NCBI GenBank assembly: GCA_902530985.1 | Contig: CACACI010000002.1 | Span: forward strand, 18,461-82,460 | DNA length: 64,000 bases | DNA from: an uncultured Alphaproteobacteria bacterium | GTDB lineage: Bacteria > Pseudomonadota > Alphaproteobacteria > Methylaequorales > Methylaequoraceae | Direction: 5' to 3' | In this document: positions 46,760-54,674 of the stretch, piece by piece | Position numbering within the stretch: the first letter of the stretch is position 1 | Layout: every line of letters starts with the position of its first letter | The notes under the pieces: generated by a model | Seen by the model: the letters and a program-made list of their open reading frames with translations, nothing else | Databases searched by the model: none | What the model was told of the DNA's origin: nothing | Position numbers and translations under genes: made by a program

Positions 46760-46775
46760 TGCAATCAATATGCCA
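46760..46775 (-). promoter_or_regulatory. sigma-54 -24/-12 promoter motif TGGCATATTGATTGCA (minus strand)
   Basis: Exact consensus spacing. Overlaps the start codon of the divergent HAD gene (46770). Confidence 0.55.
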
Positions 46776-47453
46776 TATAAATATCCAGATAAGATTAAAC
46801 TTATTATTTTTGATGTTAATCAAACAATGTTTTCTTTAAATGAAATTAAAAAAAGGTTTGTTAAAAATAAATTAAAAAAAGTTTGGGTTGATATTTGGTT
46901 TAATTCTATCCTCAAGGAGGGTTTTTCATATTCATTAAGTGGAAATTTTATTAATTTCAAAACAATTGGAATAAATGAACTTAAAAAAATTTTTTTGCAA
47001 AATAATAGATCTATTAAAAGAGATATTTTGATTGACATTATGGAGGGATTTAAATATTTGGATGTTCATCCAGATATCTTAAAAACATTAAATTTTCTAA
47101 AAAATGAAAATTTAAAAGTAATAACACTCACTAACGGTTCAGCCATAAATACAAGAGTTCTATTAAAAAAAAATAAATTGGAAGGGTTAGTCGATCATTG
47201 CTTATCAATCGAAAATTTCAAGGTATGGAAACCTCACAAAAATGTTTATTTAAAAACCTGTAAAATCATGGAAATAAATCCTAAAAATTCTTTAATGATT
47301 GCTGCACACGGTTGGGACATCAATGGAGCAAAGCTTGCTGGCTTAAAAACAGGTTATATAAGTAGGTACGAAAAGAATATAAGTGATTTTTATTATAAAC
47401 CCGATTATTTTGGCAAAGATAGTTATGATGTAATTAGGCAATTAAAACTCTAA
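46770..47453 (+). CDS. HAD-superfamily hydrolase, haloacid dehalogenase type II-like
   Basis: 227 aa. Motif I IIFDVNQTMF, motif II TLTNGS, motif IV-like AAHGWDINGA. Confidence 0.7.
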   Translation: MPYKYPDKIKLIIFDVNQTMFSLNEIKKRFVKNKLKKVWVDIWFNSILKEGFSYSLSGNFINFKTIGINELKKIFLQNNRSIKRDILIDIMEGFKYLDVHPDILKTLNFLKNENLKVITLTNGSAINTRVLLKKNKLEGLVDHCLSIENFKVWKPHKNVYLKTCKIMEINPKNSLMIAAHGWDINGAKLAGLKTGYISRYEKNISDFYYKPDYFGKDSYDVIRQLKL

Positions 47454-48004
47454 TCTTTTCTCCATTTTATACTACATCCAGCACTAGGGAATTGTTTAAT
47501 TGGACCAACTTGAGTTTTGCTAATTTTTGTCATTGCATTTAAAAGCTCGTTATTTTGATTAACAAATTCAAGATTCTTCATTTCTGAAATTCTTCCTCTA
47601 TAATTTAATTCACCTAATCTATTATATCCGAAAAAGTCTGGAGTGCATACTGCACCATAAGCTTTTGCAGTTTCTTGAAATTCGTCTAATAAATATGGAA
47701 ATTTGAAATGATTTTCTTTTGCAAACAACTTCATATTAGTAAAATTATCTTCTGGATAGTTTTTATAATCGTTTGGCATTATTGCTACTGAATGTATACC
47801 TATTTTCTCTAGTTTACTGGTTGTTTTCACAAGTCTTGATAAAATCGCCTTAACATATGGACAATGATTACATATAAACATTATTAGCGTTCCATTCTGA
47901 CCAATAATATCTTCTAATTTATATTTTTTATCATCTATATTTAAAAGGGAAAAATCTATAATCTTCTTACCGAAGTCACATACAGGAGAACTAAGTAGAA
48001 CCAT
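47450..48004 (-). CDS. thioredoxin-fold thiol-disulfide oxidoreductase (AhpC/TSA-like)
   Basis: 184 aa. Redox motif FICNHCPYV (CxxC). Confidence 0.75.
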   Translation of the reverse strand: MVLLSSPVCDFGKKIIDFSLLNIDDKKYKLEDIIGQNGTLIMFICNHCPYVKAILSRLVKTTSKLEKIGIHSVAIMPNDYKNYPEDNFTNMKLFAKENHFKFPYLLDEFQETAKAYGAVCTPDFFGYNRLGELNYRGRISEMKNLEFVNQNNELLNAMTKISKTQVGPIKQFPSAGCSIKWRKD

Positions 48005-48006
48005 AA

Positions 48007-48420
48007 TTAATCGCTTATGAAATGTAATTGAACATGTCTTATTCTATCAGATAGTCTATGTTCCAACAAGAATATCCCTTGCCAGGTTCCTAGTATTAGT
48101 TCTCGATTCCTAATACTTAGGCTTAAATGGGTTTGTGTAAGTAAACTTTTAAGATGTGCTGGCATATCATCTGGCCCCTCACTTTCATGATTATATTTTT
48201 TTTCAGGTGCAATTTGTTCTAAAAATATTCTTATATCTTTTAGAACTGATGGATCAGCATTTTCTTGTATTAAAAGAGAACAACTTGTGTGCATAATTGA
48301 CAGATTCAATAATCCATCAATTATTTCGAATCTATTAATTTCTTCTTTAATATCATTAGTTATATCTAAGAATTTTTTATTCGAAGTTTTAAAAGACAAT
48401 TTTTTAAAAATTTGTGACAT
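48007..48420 (-). CDS. YjbQ/UPF0047 family protein (secondary thiamine-phosphate synthase-like)
   Basis: MHTSCSLLIQENADPSVLKD...GPDDMPAHLKS...GTWQGIFLLEHR. I prefer the start at 48420 (MSQIF), because the upstream extension overlaps a promoter and small ORF on the other strand. Confidence 0.8.
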   Translation of the reverse strand: MSQIFKKLSFKTSNKKFLDITNDIKEEINRFEIIDGLLNLSIMHTSCSLLIQENADPSVLKDIRIFLEQIAPEKKYNHESEGPDDMPAHLKSLLTQTHLSLSIRNRELILGTWQGIFLLEHRLSDRIRHVQLHFISD

Positions 48421-48431
48421 TTTTTTCCCTA

Positions 48432-48460
48432 TTGACAGTATATCATACACAGAATAATAT
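48432..48460 (+). promoter_or_regulatory. sigma-70-like promoter TTGACA-17 nt-TAATAT
   Basis: Read directly. Followed by GGAAGGA (48471-48477) and the ATG at 48485. Confidence 0.45.
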
Positions 48461-48484
48461 AATTGTTTTTGGAAGGACATTAAA

Positions 48485-48580
48485 ATGGCTAAAAAAATCA
48501 AAGTTGACCCTAAAAAAGTCAAAAAAGAAGAACTTCAAGGAATTTTTTCAAAAGTCTTAGATAAACTAAAATCTGGCTAA
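48485..48580 (+). CDS. small lysine-rich ORF (31 aa), below the ORF-track size cutoff
   Basis: MAKKIKVDPKKVKKEELQGIFSKVLDKLKSG. Preceded by a good promoter and an SD-like GGAAGGA 7 nt upstream. Confidence 0.3.
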   Translation: MAKKIKVDPKKVKKEELQGIFSKVLDKLKSG

Positions 48581-48590
48581 ATTTAATTTT

Positions 48591-48737
48591 ATGGAAAAAA
48601 TTTGGATTGAGTGTCAAAAATGCGGCTCAGTCTTCTGGATCTATTCTGACGAAATAGGAACGATTTACCCAAAAAGATCAATAGATTACCAAATATGTTC
48701 CAATTGTGAACAAGATCTAAATTTAAAAAACAAATGA
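48591..48737 (+). CDS. small zinc-ribbon protein (48 aa), below the ORF-track size cutoff
   Basis: MEKIWIECQKCGSVFWIYSDEIGTIYPKRSIDYQICSNCEQDLNLKNK has two CxxC pairs. Its stop overlaps the next start (ATGA). Confidence 0.4.
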   Translation: MEKIWIECQKCGSVFWIYSDEIGTIYPKRSIDYQICSNCEQDLNLKNK

Positions 48738-48985
48738 AGGAATATCTTCTTTCCTTAAACAACGAGATTGGTATCTACTTCACAATACTCAAAATATTTC
48801 TATATTTTTGTATAGGTTCTTTTTTTTTGATTATTCTGAACAGTATTATAAAACTATTTAATTTTTTATTTTCAAAGTTTAGTAAAGAACTTTTAATAAA
48901 CCGTTTAAACTTTATATTTAAAATTTTAGCTTTTATGATAATTTCAACTTCTATAGGTTGGATAATAATTTATATAATATTTTAA
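48734..48985 (+). CDS. small two-TM membrane protein
   Basis: 83-aa ORF with two hydrophobic helices, translationally coupled to the zinc-ribbon ORF. Confidence 0.4.
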   Translation: MKEYLLSLNNEIGIYFTILKIFLYFCIGSFFLIILNSIIKLFNFLFSKFSKELLINRLNFIFKILAFMIISTSIGWIIIYIIF

Positions 48986-48991
48986 TTTCTA

Positions 48992-50191
48992 ATGAATAAA
49001 ATTTCTAGTTTTGCAGTTCTTTTAATTGGATTCTGTTTTTCTTTTTTAATGTTAAATCCGATTGCTTTTGGTATATCGCTTAGCACAGGTATTTTAATTC
49101 TTACTTTCATTCATAATAATAAAGTCTTCAAACAATCAATTGAAATTATAAAAAAAACCAAAAGGCTCGATTTGTTAATATTTTTTTTATTTTTAATTTC
49201 ATTTTCTTTGGCTTCTTACAACTCAATCCAGATTAGCAGGTCAATACCTGTAATAATTTATTTAATATTATTTATTTTATTTGCCTTTGTAATTCATTTA
49301 ATATTTTCTGGAAATAAAAAATCTTTAGAATTAATCTTTAAATATTTTACATTAAGTCTTTTAGCTAACTCATTAATTATTTTCTTTTATAATATAACAA
49401 ACTATGAATTGGGATTTGATTTAATAAAGTTCAAGGGGTACATGAGTTTAATTTCATTGCTTACAATAATTAATTTCTTTTTTTTTAAATCAAAATTAAA
49501 TCTTATTTCAATAGCCGTTTTAATACCAAATATTTTTATGACTGGTTCAAGTTCGAGCATTTTAGGATTAATATGTGGATTTACTTTTTGTCTTAGTTAT
49601 TTAGTATTTAAAAAATATCTAAAATTTAAAAACAAAAAAATAATGCTAACGATTATTATATTAGTTATAGTTCTTCCTTCAATATTATTTTTTTCAGAAA
49701 AACTTCCTGGAAAATTTGACGATGAGTCAATTAAAAACTTCGAATACATTATACCCATTCAACTTATTGACCCTCACCGACAATTTATATGGGGTTTTTC
49801 AATAAACAAATTTAAAGATAAACCTTTGTTTGGACATGGTCCAGATTCATCTAATTTTATAGAAGGAAGTCAAATAGATATTGGCTCAGAACATACTGGT
49901 GACATGAACTTTATACCAAGTCATCCTCATAATTTCTTAATCGAATTACTGCTTGAAACTGGGATCATTGGAACCTTTTTATTTATAATTTTACTATTAA
50001 ATATAAACTCAAAGATTTGGAATTTAAATTCAAATACAAAGTTTAGGTTATTTCTAATTTTTTTTAATTCTTATTTTTGGTGCTCTTCATTAGTAAATTT
50101 TTCGTTTTGGCTTGGTTGGTGGCAAGGAAGTTACTATCTGCTACTTAGTTTGATAGCATCAAAAGGGTTTATCGAAAGAAAAATAAATTAA
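48992..50191 (+). CDS. O-antigen ligase / O-antigen polymerase family (Wzy_C) membrane protein
   Basis: 399 aa, about 10-12 TM helices. A large loop is followed by SHPHNFLIELLLETGIIG, typical of the WaaL/PglL/Wzy_C family. Confidence 0.7.
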   Translation: MNKISSFAVLLIGFCFSFLMLNPIAFGISLSTGILILTFIHNNKVFKQSIEIIKKTKRLDLLIFFLFLISFSLASYNSIQISRSIPVIIYLILFILFAFVIHLIFSGNKKSLELIFKYFTLSLLANSLIIFFYNITNYELGFDLIKFKGYMSLISLLTIINFFFFKSKLNLISIAVLIPNIFMTGSSSSILGLICGFTFCLSYLVFKKYLKFKNKKIMLTIIILVIVLPSILFFSEKLPGKFDDESIKNFEYIIPIQLIDPHRQFIWGFSINKFKDKPLFGHGPDSSNFIEGSQIDIGSEHTGDMNFIPSHPHNFLIELLLETGIIGTFLFIILLLNINSKIWNLNSNTKFRLFLIFFNSYFWCSSLVNFSFWLGWWQGSYYLLLSLIASKGFIERKIN

Positions 50192-50260
50192 TAATCTTAT
50201 ATACAAATAATTTGCTATCTTAATTTAGTTATTAACAAATATAAATTTTCTTCAAAAAAT

Positions 50261-50276
50261 TGGCATAAAAATTGTA
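50261..50276 (+). promoter_or_regulatory. weak sigma-54-like motif TGGCATAAAAATTGTA
   Basis: Correct -24 element and spacing, but the -12 element reads GT instead of GC. Confidence 0.3.
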
Positions 50277-50322
50277 CAAAGCTTGTGTGTCAAACATTAA
50301 TCAATCATCTGAAAGAAATGAA

Positions 50323-51975
50323 ATGAATTCAATGGTTTCTGGTAATAATATTGATATTATATCAAAATTTTCTGCAATAATTAAAGATAAAAATAATTTC
50401 AAATCAGTTAGACTCCAAGGTCAAATTTATTTTAAAAATAAATATAATAGAAATAATAAATCTGATTTAGGTAATCTCTTAATGGCGGCCAATGATTATT
50501 CAATCGGAGACCCATTAAGTTCACTTAAAAGGCTTAGATTTATAATTAAAAATGATCCAAAATGTTCTTCAGCACATAATTTATATATAAAAATTGTTTT
50601 AAAAATAGGTCAGAACAAATTAATTGAAAATGCTCTTAAAGATGCAGTTAGGTATATCCCAAATAACCATTCATTTTTAAGTATGTGGGGTAAACATCTA
50701 CTTTTTGATGGAAAAAAGTTTGAAGCACTAGAATATTTAGAAAAATCAGTTGAAATGAATCCTCAAGATTGCTCTTATTGGATCGATCTAGGTTTTTGTT
50801 ACTATATTACAAGAAATATAAAGATGGCGACTTTATGTCTTGAAACTGCCAAAAAAATTAATCCAAATCACTTAAGATGCTTGAATTTTGCCCCACTATT
50901 ATTTCAAGAGGAATCCAAGTATGATGAAGCTATAAAAATTCATGAATACGCTTTAAATTTATATCCAGGTGATAATGCAATTATTACAGATCTTGCAATG
51001 TTATACCTAAAAGTAGGTAAAAAAAAAGAAGGATATAAACTGTATCATTCAATTAAACCATCCAGAAGATCTAATTTCTACAAACTAATAGATATTAAAA
51101 AAACTTCATTCAAAAAAAATCATATAAAGGCAATTGAGGCTATTGAAGATCTAAATAAAACTCATCTATCAGTAAGTAAAAAATATAGAATTTTAGTTTT
51201 CTTAGAACAAGGTTGTGGCGACATATTAAATTTTTATAGATTTTTAGACCCTCTTATAAAAAAAGGACATTCAATAACAGTCCTAACACATCAGAAACCT
51301 ATGATACCTCTTTTAAAGTTTTATGTACAAAGTGAAAAGATAAATTTACTTTCAGAAATTAAATATGAAGATATTAAAAGTTTTCAATATAAAACCTTTA
51401 TTCTCAATATCCCACATCTATTGAATATTGAGAAAAAGCCTCCTCCCCCTATCTTATTTTATTTAAAAGAATTAAAGAAAAATAAAAAGAACTTGGTTAC
51501 TCGATTAAGAAAATTTTTATCAACTAAAAAAAAAAATATTGGAGTTTCATGGAAAGGAAATAAAAGGCATCTTTATGATGAATCAAGATCAATTGATTTA
51601 AAGTTATTTAGCAAAATATTTGAAAATAAAAAGAATAATTTTTTTATAATAGATAAAGAAATAAGCAATAAAGAAAGAACTTTTCTATCTAAATTTAACA
51701 ATATTGTATTTTGTGACGAATTAATTAGTGATTGGAGTGATACTGCAGTAATTGTATCAGAATTAGATGAGGTGATTTCTGTTGATACCTCATTAGCTCA
51801 TATTTCTGGAACATTAAATAAACCAACACAAATCTTAATAGCTAAAGATCCTGATTGGAGATGGGGTTTAAAAGGAATGCAAACAGAATGGTATAAATCT
51901 GTTAGATTAAAAAGGCAAGCTAATCCAGACAATTGGACAGATGTTATGACTAGTTTATGTGATGAATTAAAATAG
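50323..51975 (+). CDS. TPR-repeat protein fused to a GT-B (GT9/heptosyltransferase-like) glycosyltransferase domain
   Basis: The N-terminal half has TPR-like repeats. The C-terminal half has GVSWKGNKRH...VISVDTSLAHISGTLNKPTQILI...DWRWG. I prefer the in-frame ATG at 50323 to the TTG at 50272. Confidence 0.65.
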   Translation: MNSMVSGNNIDIISKFSAIIKDKNNFKSVRLQGQIYFKNKYNRNNKSDLGNLLMAANDYSIGDPLSSLKRLRFIIKNDPKCSSAHNLYIKIVLKIGQNKLIENALKDAVRYIPNNHSFLSMWGKHLLFDGKKFEALEYLEKSVEMNPQDCSYWIDLGFCYYITRNIKMATLCLETAKKINPNHLRCLNFAPLLFQEESKYDEAIKIHEYALNLYPGDNAIITDLAMLYLKVGKKKEGYKLYHSIKPSRRSNFYKLIDIKKTSFKKNHIKAIEAIEDLNKTHLSVSKKYRILVFLEQGCGDILNFYRFLDPLIKKGHSITVLTHQKPMIPLLKFYVQSEKINLLSEIKYEDIKSFQYKTFILNIPHLLNIEKKPPPPILFYLKELKKNKKNLVTRLRKFLSTKKKNIGVSWKGNKRHLYDESRSIDLKLFSKIFENKKNNFFIIDKEISNKERTFLSKFNNIVFCDELISDWSDTAVIVSELDEVISVDTSLAHISGTLNKPTQILIAKDPDWRWGLKGMQTEWYKSVRLKRQANPDNWTDVMTSLCDELK

Positions 51976-52089
51976 ATCTTTTTTTAATATATATTTTTTT
52001 ACCAACCATAAATCATTAAATTTATCAATTTTAAAGATTTCAATTTCTTATAATAAACTATATTTATTTAATTATTTTTATAATGAAAC

Positions 52090-52105
52090 TGGTACGAATA
52101 TTGCT
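52090..52105 (+). promoter_or_regulatory. sigma-54 -24/-12 promoter motif TGGTACGAATATTGCT upstream of the plus-strand sugar operon
   Basis: Matches TGGYACG-N4-TTGCW. 37 nt lie before the ATG at 52143. Confidence 0.6.
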
Positions 52106-52142
52106 GTTTAATTTAACTAACTTGTAAGTATCGAAAGTTAAA

Positions 52143-53282
52143 ATGAAAACACTAAAATTAGCAATTGCAATACCAACATACAATAGATTATCTAAACTCA
52201 AACAATTACTTAAATCAATTGATACGCAAAACTATTGCAAGGATTTGGAATTATATCTATTTGTTTCAAATATAGCTTCAACTGATGGTACAGGCGAGTT
52301 TTTAGAGAATGAAAAGAAAAAAAGAAAAAATTTAACAATCTATAATCAACCTCAAGATCAGACTTTAAAACCAAATATATTCTATCTTAATAAAATCATA
52401 TCTTCAGATATTCAATGGGTTTGGTTTATGGGAGATGATGATAAATTATCAGAAAAAGAGTCTCTTCAAAAAGTATATGAATGTCTAAAAACAAATAGCA
52501 CTAAAAACTTAGAATTCGTTTGTGTTTGTGAAAAAAGAAGGTCAATGAATACTTCTAAAGTCTTTATTGATAAAGTTTTTAATCTTTGCAATAAATTTGG
52601 ATACCATGAAATGTTAGGTTGGATTTCTGGTATCATATTAAAAAAACAAACATTCCAAAAAGTATTTGATGATTTTGCACAATCTGTAAAAACTCAATAC
52701 CAGAATTTTGATGATTCCATAACTTCTGCTTATCCCCATTCAGCATCAATTCTAAAGTATACTCATAATAAAAACGGATTATTCTATGATATAGGTCTAG
52801 TTGAGCCTCAAGATACATTTCAGACAATAGAAACACAAAAAAGATGGGTAGAAGAAAATATGGTATGGAGATATTTTCATGTTATAGATGATATTGAAAA
52901 TTTAATAAATCTAAATATTCTTAAACCAAATAGTTTAAGTCTTTCTTTTTTTAGATATCACACCTATTACCTTTGGGATCACTTAATTTTCCTAACATTT
53001 AAAAGATTACCTAAATATATTCATTCCAGCGATGATATTGAGGATGTTAATAATTATATACGTATTCTTACAAATAATTTATGTAGATTATTAAAAACAG
53101 AAAACTTTCTCAGAGATGTTAAGGATAAAAAAGATCTAGCTCTAAAAATAACTATGTGTATTAATTATTTGCAGATTTATGTATCTAATAATTTTTCAGA
53201 GGAAATTAGAGTTAATTTATTTGATAATTTAACCAATCTCATCCAGATTCCAAATTTTCCATTTCAAATTTATTTAGAGTAA
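52143..53282 (+). CDS. family 2 glycosyltransferase with a C-terminal extension
   Basis: AIAIPTYNRLSKLKQLLKSI...VSNIASTDGT...FMGDDD (GT-A fold, DxD). Confidence 0.65.
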   Translation: MKTLKLAIAIPTYNRLSKLKQLLKSIDTQNYCKDLELYLFVSNIASTDGTGEFLENEKKKRKNLTIYNQPQDQTLKPNIFYLNKIISSDIQWVWFMGDDDKLSEKESLQKVYECLKTNSTKNLEFVCVCEKRRSMNTSKVFIDKVFNLCNKFGYHEMLGWISGIILKKQTFQKVFDDFAQSVKTQYQNFDDSITSAYPHSASILKYTHNKNGLFYDIGLVEPQDTFQTIETQKRWVEENMVWRYFHVIDDIENLINLNILKPNSLSLSFFRYHTYYLWDHLIFLTFKRLPKYIHSSDDIEDVNNYIRILTNNLCRLLKTENFLRDVKDKKDLALKITMCINYLQIYVSNNFSEEIRVNLFDNLTNLIQIPNFPFQIYLE

Positions 53283-53285
53283 TTA

Positions 53286-54605
53286 ATGGAACATTTAAAT
53301 GACATAAGAAAGAAAATTTCAGATTTAGTTATTCACTATTCGAATATAAAATACGCAAAAAAAAATTTTACTCCTGGATTTGATAAAGTTCAAGTTTCAG
53401 GAAAAGTTTTAGATCATGACGAAACAGTTAATATGGTTGATGCTGCTTTAGATGGGCATTTAACTACTGGAAGATTTAACATAGAGTTTGAAAAAAAATT
53501 GTCTAGATTTCTTAATACGAGATCTTTACTCACCGTGAATTCTGGATCCTCAGCTAATTTAATTGCCTTTTCCAGTCTTACTTCACCCAAACTTGGTTCA
53601 AGAGCTATTAAACCAGGAGATGAAGTAATCACTGTTGCTGCTGGATTTCCTACGACAATTAATCCAATACTTTTGTATAAAGCTATTCCTGTTTTTGTAG
53701 ATGTCAAAATGGGTAATTATAATATTGATGAAGAAAGAATAGAAAGAGCAATAACTAAAAAAACAAAGGCTATTATGCTTGCTCACACCCTTGGAAATCC
53801 CTTTAATTTGAGCACTATTATAAAAATTTGTAAAAAATATAATTTATGGCTAGTTGAAGATTCTTGTGATGCACTTGGTTCAAAATTTAATGGCCAGAAC
53901 GTTGGTACTTTTGGAGATTTTGGAACTTTAAGTTTTTATCCAGCTCACCACATTACAATGGGAGAAGGAGGAGCAGTTTTTACCAATAATATTAAATTAA
54001 AGAAAATTGCAGAATCAATAAGAGATTGGGGTAGAGACTGTTTTTGTGCACCAGGTAAGGACAACTCATGTGGAAGAAGGTTTTGTTGGAAACTTGGCAA
54101 TCTTCCAGATGGTTATGATCATAAATACATTTATTCTAATTTAGGTTTTAATCTTAAAATTACAGATATGCAGGCTGCATGTGGTTTAGGACAATTAAAA
54201 AAACTAAATAATTTTATTAAAAAAAGAAATTATAATTTTAATTACTTACTTAAAAAGTTTGGAAGTTTAGAAGAATTTTTTATTTTGCCGGAAAAAACAA
54301 TTAATTCTGAACCTTCATGGTTTGGCTTCCCGTTAACCATTCGAGATAATAGATATTTTAATAGAAATGAATTGATTAAATATTTAGAACATAAAAATAT
54401 TCATTCAAGACTTTTATTTGCAGGAAATGTTTTAAAACAACCTTATATGATTGGGCAAACATACAGAGTTTCAGGAACATTAGAAAATACAGAAAAAATC
54501 TTATTTGATACATTTTGGTTAGGAGTTTTTCCAGGTTTAGAAATTCAAATGCTTGATTATGTAATAGATTCAATTTCAGAATATATATTATTCAAAAAAA
54601 AATAA
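53286..54605 (+). CDS. rfbH: NDP-4-keto-6-deoxyhexose 3-dehydrase (RfbH/DdhC/E1-type, DegT family)
   Basis: 439 aa. In the DegT-family motif SFYPAHHITMGEGG, His occupies the position of the usual PLP lysine. A Cys-rich segment CFCAPGKDNSCGRRFC is consistent with an Fe-S site. Confidence 0.75.
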   Translation: MEHLNDIRKKISDLVIHYSNIKYAKKNFTPGFDKVQVSGKVLDHDETVNMVDAALDGHLTTGRFNIEFEKKLSRFLNTRSLLTVNSGSSANLIAFSSLTSPKLGSRAIKPGDEVITVAAGFPTTINPILLYKAIPVFVDVKMGNYNIDEERIERAITKKTKAIMLAHTLGNPFNLSTIIKICKKYNLWLVEDSCDALGSKFNGQNVGTFGDFGTLSFYPAHHITMGEGGAVFTNNIKLKKIAESIRDWGRDCFCAPGKDNSCGRRFCWKLGNLPDGYDHKYIYSNLGFNLKITDMQAACGLGQLKKLNNFIKKRNYNFNYLLKKFGSLEEFFILPEKTINSEPSWFGFPLTIRDNRYFNRNELIKYLEHKNIHSRLLFAGNVLKQPYMIGQTYRVSGTLENTEKILFDTFWLGVFPGLEIQMLDYVIDSISEYILFKKK

Positions 54606-54674
54606 TTGTTTAAAACAAAAATCTATTATTATGAAATTAATAAAAGATAAAAAATAAAAAATAGAGAAACACTA

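Noticed and set aside
46749-46823. N-terminal 25 codons of the 82-aa track ORF 46575-46823.
   Set aside because: This part overlaps the HAD gene start and the sigma-54 motif itself. The ORF was trimmed to the ATG at 46748.
48421-48522. N-terminal 34-codon extension of the yjbQ ORF.
   Set aside because: It is a hydrophobic extension absent from the YjbQ family. It overlaps a sigma-70 promoter and a small ORF on the opposite strand, so the Met at 48420 is preferred.
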